DNA of 64,000 bases, from NCBI RefSeq assembly GCF_036365525.1, contig NC_090380.1, positions 82,283,658-82,347,657 of the forward strand, given 5' to 3'. How positions within the stretch are numbered: the first letter of the stretch is position 1; every line of letters starts with the position of its first letter. The notes beneath the pieces are model-generated. The model was not told the origin of the DNA, did not search any database, and saw only the letters and a list, made by a program, of their open reading frames with translations. The stretch is from Heterodontus francisci (taxonomy: Eukaryota). The translations under genes were made by a program, and so were the position numbers. Below, in pieces: positions 52,776-64,000 of the stretch.

Positions 52776-53074
52776 GTGGGTGTGCAGGAAAGGGGGGTAA
52801 AATTAAAGATATGGTCTGAAGGATGTGTTTTAAAAGGCTTTGGAAAGCAGGAAATGAGGCAGCAAAGAAAATGTCTTTGATAGAGAATTCCAAGGAGCAT
52901 TGGTGCATTGACTGAAAAAAAATCTATCATTGATGATGAAATAACAGGAGCAGGGGAACAAGCAGCAATCTGGAACCAAAGGAATGTATAATTGGGCTGA
53001 GCTATATAGCTATTGATTATCAATCAGTGAGTGGAACAACATCACAGGGCAGATATCCAAGAACGATCTGATAA

Positions 53075-53465
53075 TTTTTTTTTTACTCATTCATGGGATG
53101 TGAGTGTTGCTGGCAAGGCCAGCATTTATTGGCCATCCCTAATTGCACTTGAGAAGATGGTGGTGAGCCTCCTTCTTGAATAAAACTGACCGGCTTGCTA
53201 GGATATTTCAGGCAGCAGTTAAGAGTCAACCACACTGCTGTGGTCTGGAGTCAGATACAGGCCAGGTAGGGTAAGGATGGCAGATTTCCTTCTCTAAAGG
53301 GCATTAGTCAACCAGAGGGGTTTTAGAACAATCTGGTAGTTTCATGGTCACCATTATTGATGCTAGCTTTTTATTCCTCATCTTTTGTGGTGGGATTTGA
53401 GCTCATGACTCCAGATCATTAATCCAGGCCTGCTGGATTACTAGGCCAGTATTATAACCATTAGT
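53075..53465 (-). mobile_element. tRNA-derived SINE remnant (family of 27665-28070)
   Basis: Poly-T followed by cattcatgggatgtg...gcaaggccagcattt. Confidence 0.65.
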
Positions 53466-54082
53466 AATACACTAATTGTCAACTAAACTCTATTCAACTA
53501 TTCCAATCATTATCCTTCTTCAATTTATTATGCTTACGTAGTATCTCCTAATGTGCAAGTTGCAGATTTGTAAATTTCCCTAGAATAGCAGCCCACTCCA
53601 GAACCATTGAGAACCATCTAGGCATTTTGCTATTACAGGAAAGAAGAGGCCACAGAAGATCTTTTACTTGTGTACCCGAAACCTCTTGAACTGACCCAAT
53701 TCTTCCCTGAACCAACTCAAACAGAGGGGTGTAGTCTACTTTTATTGCTACCAGATGGAAAATGGGAGTTCCCAGCAACAGTCATACACCAGTGCATGTT
53801 GCAGCTGACCTGAAAATCATATCCCAGATTCCAGTTTCTGCATGCTGCAGTCAGTTTTACTGGGTCAAAAGCAGCTAAACCGATCGCCCTTAAAGAGGCA
53901 GCTGGAGACTGCTCCAAAAGATAAGTAAAAGAAAATTTACTTTACTGATTGTGGAGTCGGGGGAACATAAGTGCTCCTCTTGGCTCCATATTGAAACTGT
54001 GGGCTGCTGCTGGCTGCCACTCCCATACCTCCCAAAATCCTCCTTCCCTCACCCAGAGTCACTGTGGGCCTGGGGCTGGCCA

Positions 54083-55800
54083 ATTTTCATCCTCGTCAGG
54101 ATTGGCACCCTACATCCTGGTAAGACGAGGACCTCTTGCAAATTAGTTTCAGCAATCATCCATCATTCTTACCCCCAACACTAGCTCAATAAAGCTTCTC
54201 TGTTTGTGAGCAAAGTTCACCTCTATTTTTGGCTTCTTAAGGAGTCTAATCTTTCATCTCTGAGGCCTAGGATAAAATCCAGCTCAGACCAGAATGCATT
54301 TAGAGAGTGCACCTATTAAAATGATAAATGCAATAAAGCTCTACTGAACTGAAATGTCCAATAGTTTAGATACTTCCTTTACAAATAGAACTCATTGGAT
54401 TCAGAAGATACATAATAAGACAGAGGAATGACTTGATACTGATGAAATCTAGGTCAGCAGATAATTCATCACACATCATGGCTGCTGAGTCCATTCTGGT
54501 ACTTGATAACAATTTGAAATATAAATATAAATTTGTCATAAATATTAACTTATTTAGAAGGGTCGTGAATGTCTCTTTATTTTGTAACATGAGCTTATTC
54601 GTTCACAGCTTTCATGAGCAAATACCACAAGTACCACAAGAGCAACTGTAACCTAAATATATTGGTAAGAAATTATTTAGAACATGACCACAAAGAAATT
54701 AAGTGAATTAAAAGCAATTTTAGAGATACTCTCACTCCTTATTTAGTCTTTGCATACAAAAAAACTTACTAACGTTGATTGAAGTATATGGGGTAGTTTG
54801 AAATGCCAATGTAGGAGGCCTGATCTATTAATTTGATGGAAAATAGATTTTACTAGTGGGAGGAGGCTGGTGTGGAGCATAAACACAGGCATGCATGTAT
54901 TGGGGTGAATGGCCTGTTTCTGTACTGTAAATATCTAGTTATTGTAAAGTTTCCTGCGTTTACTGTGAATCCTAACAAATAAGACTGGTACTGTAGTACA
55001 AAGATTATGGAGTAGCAACCCAGTGATCACAAGCTGACATCCCACCTGGGCCGAGTTGTGTAATTTACTCAATGAAGTTTGCTGTTTGTGGGCCAGCACC
55101 AGAAAAAGAAATGAACCATAAAGGTTGCCTGATTGTTATACTGTGATTGTCCTAACTGAGAAATTAGGGTTGGGGAATAAATGTGACCTTACCAGCGTTA
55201 CCCACAACCCGGGAGTATGTGGTTTCCAAATAATTCTAGCAACCTGTAAACAGTGTGTTTTGTGGAAACAGGCAGCTAATAATCTCTTTAAAGTAATTAA
55301 TGGTTATTCTCAGTATATCAACGACATAAATGAAATAATGACAGAACTTGAGTATTGCTGAAAATGCCTCTATTTTCAGCAATACTCAAATAATAACAAC
55401 TGATGTTTTTACATTTGGTACACATGTAGCTCAGGTCTTGGTTAACATGGTTCTACTGTGATAAAAAGGTTAGCAAATGTTAGAAAAGACACATTTGTGT
55501 ACCCTTTTAAAGATATTGAGATATGTTTATTTTAAAAGTGACATGCATGTCATTCACAATCCCATCCAATGATTTAGAGCTTATTTTCATCCTTGTCAGG
55601 ATTGGCATCCTACATCCTGGTAGGACGAGGACCTCTTGCAAATTAGTTTCAGCAATCATCCATCATTGCTACCCCCAACTCTAGCTCAACATAGCTTCTC
55701 TGTTTGTGAGCAAAGTTCACCTCTATTGTTGGCTTCTTAAGAAGTCTAACCTACTTGGTCTTTCATCTCTGAGGCTTAGGATAAAATCCAGTTCAGACCA
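54083..55800 (+). repeat. ~210-bp direct repeat pair (54083-54291 and 55583-55800)
   Basis: Both copies read attttcatcct..tcaggattggca...gacgaggacctcttgcaaattagtttcagcaatc...aggataaaatccag.tcagacca; the starts are 1500 bp apart. Confidence 0.85.
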
Positions 55801-56364
55801 AAAGTAACTGTCCCCCATTATCTACAAGTACTAACTAATATATTCCATATCATGCCATAATATGAAAAAGTGTATAAATGTTATATACAATAAAATAAAT
55901 AAATACCATATTATAATGTTGCATCTCAACTGACATGTTGCTTGTGATAGGAAAAAGTGGCAAGATATGATTTGCAAAAGAAAGCTTGAGTCAATTTGAA
56001 GCTAAAGGAGCCTAAAGGAAATCAAGGAAAGATCAGCTCTCAGCTCAATCTGACATCCGATGTTCTGTGGGTAGGAAAATATTCCTCGTGACAATCGGGT
56101 TTACAGTCATATGAGAACCCACGGCATGTATTAAGTTGGACATGGGCTGTCATCATGCACAAACCATCATCATAAATCATTACTAGTGTACATCAGTGTC
56201 CATCACACAATAAGGTTACATTCTGTCACATATGGAAATTTTTGTATCACAATTGTACTTGCCTAGTTCAAATTTCATATTGATAAATAGTGTCAAATCA
56301 CAACTGAACAAGTCAGGAACTCACCAATGAAGTAGTAAGGAGAAACGAAAGAAATATAAAGCAG

Positions 56365-58515
56365 ATTTTTTTTATTCTTTCATGGGATGTGAATGTCACT
56401 GGCAAAGCCAGCATTTATTGCCCATCCCTAATTGCCCTTGAGAAGGTGATGGTGAGCTGCCTTCTTGAACCTCAAAGTTATTGCGCAAAGTAGGAGCTCA
56501 TGGTGTAGTGGGTAACATATTAGCATGGATAGAAGATTGGCTGGCTGGCAGAAAACAGAGTATGCATAAATGGGTACTTTTCTGATTGGCAGGATGTGAC
56601 GAGTGGAGTCCTGCAGGGGTCTGTGCTGGGGCCTCAACTTTTTACAATTTATATTCCTGACTTATATGAGGAGAGCCATGGCATGGTAGCTAAATTTGCA
56701 GATGATACAAAGATAGGTAGGAAAGTACGTTGTGAAGAGGACATAAGGAGGTTGCAGACCGATATAGATAGGTTGAGTGAGTGGGCAAAAATCTGGCAGA
56801 TGGAATATAATGTGGGAAAATGTGTTGTTCACTTTGGCAGGAAGAATAAAAAAGCAGAGTATTACTTAAACGGGGAACAACTGTTGAATTCCAAGGTGCA
56901 GAGGGATCTAGGTGTTCGAGTGCATGAGTCACAAAAAGTTAGTATGCAGGTACAACGTAATAAAGAAGGCTGATGGAATGCTATCCTTTATTATGAGAGG
57001 AATTGAAAGTAAAAGTAAGGATGTTATATTTCAGTTATACAGGGCATTGGTGAGACCACATCTGGAATACTGTATGCAATTTTGGTCTCCTTATTTATGG
57101 AAGGATGTAAATACGTTGGAGGCGGTTCAGAGGAGGTTTACTAGATTGATACCTGGAATGAGCGGGTTGTCTTATTAGGAAAGGTTGGACAGACTGCCGT
57201 TTAGAAGAGTGAGGGGAGACTTGTTTGAAGTATATAAGATCCTGAACGGTCTTGACAGGGTGAATGTGGAAAGGATGTTTCCTCTTGTGGGTGAGTCCAG
57301 AACTAGGGTCACTGTTTTAAAATTAGGGGTCACCCTTTTAGGACAGAAACACAGAGAATATTTTTCTCGCAGACGGTTGTGCAACTTCGGAATTCTCAGC
57401 CTCAGAAGGTGGTGGAGGCTGGGTCATTGAATATTTTTAAGGTGGAGGTAGATAGATTCTTGTTAGGCAAGGGAATTAAAGATTATCGGGGGTAGATGGG
57501 AGTGTGGAATTCCAGACAGAAACAGACCAGCCATGATCTTATTAAATGGCAGAGCAGGCTCGACGAGCTGAATGGCCTACTTCTACTTCTAATTTGTATG
57601 GTCGTATGGTTTCTGCAGTCCGTCTGGTGTAGGTACACCCACAGTGCTGTTAGGAAGTGAGTTTCAGGATTTTGACACAGCGACAGTAAAGGAATGGCGA
57701 TATGGTTCCAAGCCAGGATGGTGTGTGGCTTGAAGAGGAACTTGGAGGTGGTGGTGTACCCATGTTTCTGCTGCCCTTGTCCTTCTAGGTGGTAGAGGTG
57801 CTGTCGAAGGAGGCTTGGCAAGTAGCTGCAGTGCATCTTGTGTATGGTACACACTGCTGCCATTGTGCACCAGTGGTGGAGGGAGTGAACGTTTACAGTG
57901 CTGAATGGGGTGCCAGTCAAGTGGCTGCTTTGTCTTGGATGGTGTTGAGCTTCTTCAGTGTTATTGGAGCTGCACTCATCCAGACAACTGGAAAGTATTC
58001 CATACACTCCTGACTTGTGCCTTGTAGATGGTAGAGAGGCTTTGGGGAGTCTGGAGGTGAGTCACTCACTGCAGAATTCCCAACCTCTGACCTGCTGTTT
58101 AAGTTACTGTATTTATATGGCTGGTCCAGTTATGTTTCTGGTTAATGGTAACCCCCAGGATGTTGATGGTGGGGGAATTCAGCAATGGTAATGCCATTGA
58201 ATGTCAAGGGGAGATGGTTAGATTCTCTCTTGTTGGAGATGGTCATTGCCTGGCACTTGTGTGGTACCAATGTTACTTGCCACTTGTCAGCCAAGCCTGA
58301 ATGTTGTCCAGGTCTTGCTGCATGCAGTATTTGAGGAGTTGTGAATGGTACTGAACATTGTGCAATCATCAGCGAACATCCCTACTCTGACCTTATGATG
58401 GTGGGAAGGCCATTGATGAAGCAGCTGCAGATGGTTGGGCCTAGGACACTACCCTGAGGAACTCCTGCAACTATGTCCTGGGACTGAGATGTTTGGCCTC
58501 CAACAAATACAATTA
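56365..58515. mobile_element. Nested CR1s: minus-strand element (~56365-56470 and ~57612-58515) interrupted by a plus-strand CR1 (~56475-57610)
   Basis: gccttcttgaac|...|ctgcagtcc is continuous across the insert (compare 51140-51165). The insert has SGVLQGSVLGP, FADDTK and LEYCMQFWSP. Confidence 0.8.
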
Positions 58516-59224
58516 TCAACCATATGAAAACTATGAATTAACGATCAGTACTCACTCAGCAGTAATTACCAATGAAGCAACTAGCAAGGAGCAGAGGGGT
58601 GTCAATGGAACTGCTTCAAATATGTTTTGAAAATCCTCTCAACCCACCTTCTTTTCTCAGTAACCAGAGAACATAGTATGAAATATGTTTTTAACAAAAT
58701 AAATGCATAATAAATACACAATTTACGATAAAATCATTAAACATATCTGCATAGTTGCTTATTCTGCATTTGAAATTTCCTAAAAATGTTTCCCCTGAAT
58801 ACCTCATGGAGGAATAACTGCTTGAACCTATTTTATTTTGAGTTTGAAATATCCATTTTCTGTTTCCCCAGACCCTGCTCTTCCTTTTCTGCTTCTCTGT
58901 CTCCCTGGGTTTGGAATTGCTATTAGGTCTGTGAGGTTGTTTGAAATCTGAGATGTCAGTAACATCAGACCACAGGAGTTCCATTGCTGCCAGGTTTAGC
59001 ACTATGTTGGTTTCATTACAAGATACCATGGTTGCTGAAACATGGGATGCAGTGTGCCTGAAACACAATTATTTAGTGGATTCAAAACATCTTGCTTAAC
59101 TCTTGTAAAATAAAGCCTGGTGAAACAGATCTGATTATGTGTGCTGTCCAGATGTTGTCCATTATAGTATGTCATGGGCTATAACTGAGAAATGTTGTAA
59201 TGTATCAATAAGGTGAATTTGTTT

Positions 59225-61425
59225 CATGGAATCATAGAAAGTTTACAGCACAGAAAGAGGCCACTTGGTCCATTGTGCCTGTACCAGCCAAAAATCATTC
59301 CACACATTCTAATCGCACCAGCATTTGGTCTGTAGTCTCACAGATTACGGCACTTGAGGTGCATATCCATACTTCTTTTGAATGAGTTGAGGATTTCTGC
59401 CTCAACTACCCTTCAGGCAGTGAGTTCCAGACCTCCACCACCAGTTGGGTGAAGTCATTTTTCCTCATCTCCCCTCTAATTTTTCTGCCAACCACATTAA
59501 ACCTAGTCACTGACCTCTCTGCTAAGGTAAGTAGGCGCTTCACCTCCACTGTATCCAGGCCCCTCACAATTTTGTACATTTCAATCAGATCTCCCCTCAG
59601 CCTTCTCTATTCCAAGGAGAACAACCCCTGCCTATCCAATCTTTCCTCATAGCTGCATTTTTCCAGACCCGGCAACATCCTCCTAAATCTCCTCTGTACC
59701 CTCTCGAGGGCAATTGCATCCTTTCTGTAATGAGATGACCAGAACTTCACACAGTACTCAAGTTGTGGCTAAACCAATGAGTTATACAGTTCCAACATAA
59801 GCTCCCTGCTCTTATATTCTATATCTCGGCTAATAAAGGAAAGGATTCCATATCCCTTCTTAATAAACTTACCGAGCTGTCCTGCTACCCTCAGGGATCT
59901 GTGGACATTTACTCCAAGGTCCCTCACTTCCTCAATACTTCTCAGTATTTTCCCATTAATCGTGTACTCCTTTGCCTTGTTTGACCTCCCCAAATGCATC
60001 ACCTCACACTTCTCCAGGTTGAATTCCATTTTGCCACTTTTCTGCCCATCTGACCAGACCATCAATATCTTCCTACAGCTTACAGCTATCCTCCTTGCTA
60101 TGTACCACACAGCCAATCTTTGTGTCATCTGAAAGCTTCCTGATCATGCCCCCTACATTTACGTCCAAATTGTTAATATATACCACAAAAAGCAGGGGAT
60201 GCAGTACTGAACCCTGCGGAACGCCACTGGAAAAAGCCCTCCAGTCACAAAAACACCTGTCAACAATTACCCTTTGTTTCCTGCCACTGAGCCAATTTTG
60301 TATCCACCTTGCTGCATTTCTCTCGATCCCGTGGGATTTTATTTTTTTAACCAGTCTGCAACGTTGGACCTTGTCAAAAGTCTTGCTAAAATCCATGTAG
60401 ACCACATCAACTGCACTACCCTCATCTACCTTTCTTATTACTTCTTCAAAAAATTCCATCAAGTTGGTTAGACAAAATCTTCCCTTAACAAATCCATGCT
60501 GACTATCCTTGATTATCCTGTGCCTTTCTACGTGACAGTTTATCCTGTCTCTCAGAATAGATTCCAATAATTTGCTCACTACTGAGGTTAGACTGACTGT
60601 CCTGTAATTGGTTGGTCTTTCCCTCGCTCCCTTTTTAAACAGAGGTACAACATTAGCAGTTCTCCAATCCTCCAGCACCACACCTGTATCCAGTGAGGAC
60701 TGGAAAATGATGGTCAGACTTCCTCTATTTTCTCTCTTGCTTCTTTTAACAGCCTGGGGTACATTTCATCTAGCCCTGGTGGTTTATCAACTTTCAAGGG
60801 TGCTAATCCCATTAATACATCCTCTCTCCCTATGTTTATCACATCCAATGCTTCACACTCCTGTTCCCCTCTTTTGAGAAGACAGATGCAAAGTATTCAT
60901 TAAGAACAATACCAACATCTTCTGCCCCTATACATAGGTTATCCTTTTGGTCTTTTATGGCCCCTGCTCTCAACTTAATTATCCTCTTGCTCTTAATGTA
61001 TTGATAAAACATCTTTGGGTTCACCTTGATTTTGCTTGCCAATATTTTATCATGCCTTCTCTTTGCTTTCCTAATTTCCTTTTTGATTTCACCCCACCAC
61101 TTTCTACATTCCTCTCAGCTTTCTGTAGTATCGAATTCGTTGTGTCGGGCATAGGCTTTCCTTTTCTGCCTTATCTTACCCTGCAAGCTCCTTGACATGC
61201 ATGGGACTCTAGATTTGGCCGTCCCACCCTTTTTATTTGTGGGAACATGTTTACTCTCAACCCCTTGAATCCCCCCTATGAATGCCTCCCACTGCTCTGA
61301 CACTGATTTACCTTCAGACAACTGTTTCTAGTCCATTTTTGCTAAATCACTCCTCAGCTTAGTAAAATTGACCTTGCCCCAATTGAGAACTCTAACTCCT
61401 GTTCTATCCTTGTCCTTTTCCATAG
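59225..61425 (-). mobile_element. Degenerate CR1 LINE
   Basis: DWRTANVVPLFKKG, QHGF, DFSKTFDKV, SGVPQGSVL. Confidence 0.88.
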
Positions 61426-62275
61426 TTCCCTCCGTGACACCCTGGTCCACTCCTCCATTACCTCCACCAGCTCGTCCCCGTCCCATGGCACCTTCCCCTG
61501 CAATCGCAGGAGGTGTAATACCTGCCCATTTACCTCCTCTCTCCTCACTATCCCAGGCCCCAAACACTCCTTTCAGGTGAAGCAGCAATTTACTTGTCCT
61601 TCTTTCAATGTAGTATACTGTATTCGCTGCTCACAATGCGGTCTCCTCTACATTGGGGAGACCAAGCGCAGACTGGGTGACCGCTTTGCGGATCACCTCC
61701 GCTCAGTATGCAAGCAGGACCCTGAGCTTCCGGTTGCTTTCCATTTCAACGCTCCCCCTTGCTCTCATGCTCACATCTCTGTCCTGGGATTGCTGCAGTG
61801 TTCCAGTGAACATCAACGCAAGCTCGAGGAACAGCATCTCGTTTTCCAATTAGGCACACTACAGCCTGCCGGACTGAACATTGAGTTCAATAATTTCAGA
61901 GCATGACGGGCCCCCCATTTTACTTTTATTTTTAGTGATTTTTTCTTTTTTCTTTTTTACATTTTTTACAATTTTTTTCTTTTGTTTATTTCATTTCATT
62001 GTAGTTTGTTCAGTTTGCTTACCCACTGTTTTTTTTCATGTTTGTACTTGCTGCTGTTCAATCTTCAGTTCGTTAACACCCTATCTGTACTAATGCTTTG
62101 TCTTTTAGCACACCATTAACATATTATTTGCCCTTGCTCCGAAGAAGGGTCACTGACCCGAAACGGTAACTCTGCTTCTCTTTCCACGGATGCTGCCAGA
62201 CCTGCTGAGTGGTTCCAGCATTTCTTGTTTTTATTTCAGATTTCCAGCATCCGCAGTATTTTGCTTTTATTTTAT
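61423..62275 (+). mobile_element. Penelope 3' fragment (GIY-YIG + pLTR)
   Basis: NVVYCIRCSQCGLLYIGETKRRLGDRFADH; closely matches ~24700-25620. Confidence 0.9.
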
Positions 62276-64000
62276 GTGAAGGTTAGGAATCTTTGTATTC
62301 CATGTGTAACACTGCATCCTGGCAAGATTAACTTTCAAACTGCATTCTGTTTACCTGAGAGGAGAAAGCTCACCTTACTCATTGAAAAAAAACAGTTTTA
62401 TTCCAAAGAAACTGCAAGAAAAGCTGAAAACAGCATTGTTTGACTTCAATGATAGGAAGTTTATTTATCCCTTTCAAAGAGCCAGCATGAGAACAATGGG
62501 GCAAATGGCCTCCTTCTGAGCTATATGATTCCAAGATTCTATTCCCCAGCACTGTGCTCTTTTGTAATTTTTTGTATTATTTGAATTATGTGAATCTTTA
62601 TTTTAATGGTAAGTAAATTTGATCAATAGTTTAGTCTCCATCAATGTAATATTTTCCACCATCTGATTGACAGGAGATGTAGTGAGCATCCTGCATGTTC
62701 TTCATGTCGGTACTTTGCCATTGTTAGGTTTAATTGTTAAAACTGGTCTTTACTAACTTGGTGAAAGACATAGGTTTTAGTTTGCATGATAGGTGATCTG
62801 TTTATAGACAATGCTGTCAAACTGTTTAAACAAGGAAAAGGTCTTGGAAAAGCTCAAACCATAATAGGCTCATATATTGTAGTAGTGTATAATGGCTTAA
62901 AACTCTGCATACAGTACACGTATTGACAATGGAAGGTTAAAAGCTTAGTCGCCATCGGTTTTAACTGTGTAGACAATTAGTGAAAAGTGTGTTTCTGGAT
63001 CTGTGGTAGGAAAACTGATTGGTTTTTGATGGGGCCATTGGACTGATCTGTGATAGAGATGGCAGACAGGTCAGTGATTTGGTGATGGACAGATCAGTTG
63101 TGGGGAGTGGAGGGGATGTGGTGCGCCTCACTATGAGTGTAAACATACACTTGATATACGAAAAAAGTGTGCATAAGTTTCTCCTCCATTACTGTTCACA
63201 ATGCAAAACCTTTGAGAACTGCTCCTTTCAATGAAGCAGTTATGGAGATTCTGCTGGGAAGGATTTTGCATTGAACAGTCCCTTTTGGTGCATCCTATGA
63301 AATGTTTGAAGCAACAAGTACAGAACATTCTCCATCATTTATTCATTGAACTACAACCATACAGTGGACTACACCAGCATAATGCAGAATATCTTGCCAT
63401 TATACATCTGTATTTAAAGTGTTGCCTTATTGGCAGCATTGCAATGCATATTCTTGTTTGATCCTATAGGCTCCCATGTCAAGGCAACAGAGGGCAATAC
63501 AAGCCTTAGCCCAACACTCTGCAGTTTTCTGAGTTACTCAGTGGCATGAACCAGCACAGATAAATCTACCTTCGGAGGTTTAATATGTCAGTTGTGAATC
63601 TGGTGATGCATGGAGCAAGAGTGAGGAGGAATTGGAGAAGCTGCAACCTGTTGGCTTGTCCTTCATCTGCAAAGTCCATGGATTTACACTTCACAGGCAG
63701 GTCAATGTAGGTCAACATCAACAGTCATGCAGTCATTTGAAAGTGTTCCAAGCAGCCTACATAGTTTGAGCCTCGCCATGGAGGACCCCAGCTGTGCTAA
63801 CTTTTAAATACCTACAAGGGTCAAGAGAAGAGTTTGGAAAGAGTTCACTTAACATGTGCAATTATGTCACTTTTGGGATCATGACTGACTCACCTCTAAC
63901 TTGTTAACTTGTACATGTGAACCCATGGGAAGATAATAATGATCAATACAAAGCTAAACATGGAACAGTAAAATGGGCAGGGTCCCTCACTCCAGAAAGA

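Noticed and set aside
53538-53908. Second, pseudogenised V exon (LSWFRE...CNLHIR words)
   Set aside because: Many stop codons, no correctly spaced Cys and no YxC or J motif; too weak to call.
1-64000. CRISPR arrays, rRNA genes or prokaryotic systems
   Set aside because: Eukaryotic intron-rich DNA with no regularly spaced repeat-spacer array or rRNA signature.

Overview
Repeat-rich vertebrate genomic DNA, most likely from a cartilaginous fish (shark), judged from HE1-type and SacSINE1/Deu-type SINEs, CR1/L2/RTE LINEs and Penelope elements. One host gene is supported. It lies on the minus strand, spans ~27 kb, and has four phase-compatible coding exons with GT-AG boundaries: leader 28803-28866, V(J)-type Ig domain 13146-13505, C1-set Ig domain 4891-5196 and transmembrane 1608-1712. 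It encodes a non-rearranging, germline-joined VJ-C1-TM receptor. Its V domain carries CD28/CTLA4/TMIGD2-like marks (EIPPP FG loop, extra Cys pair, Cys-Pro right after the V domain) and is joined to an antigen-receptor/MHC-type C1 domain. The rest is mostly nested mobile DNA: a degenerate Gypsy provirus, a near full-length Penelope element plus fragments carrying hammerhead ribozyme motifs, young RTE and CR1 copies, a degenerate Harbinger transposon, nested solo LTRs, MITEs and SINEs. Most short ORFs in the supplied track are transposon debris or noise.
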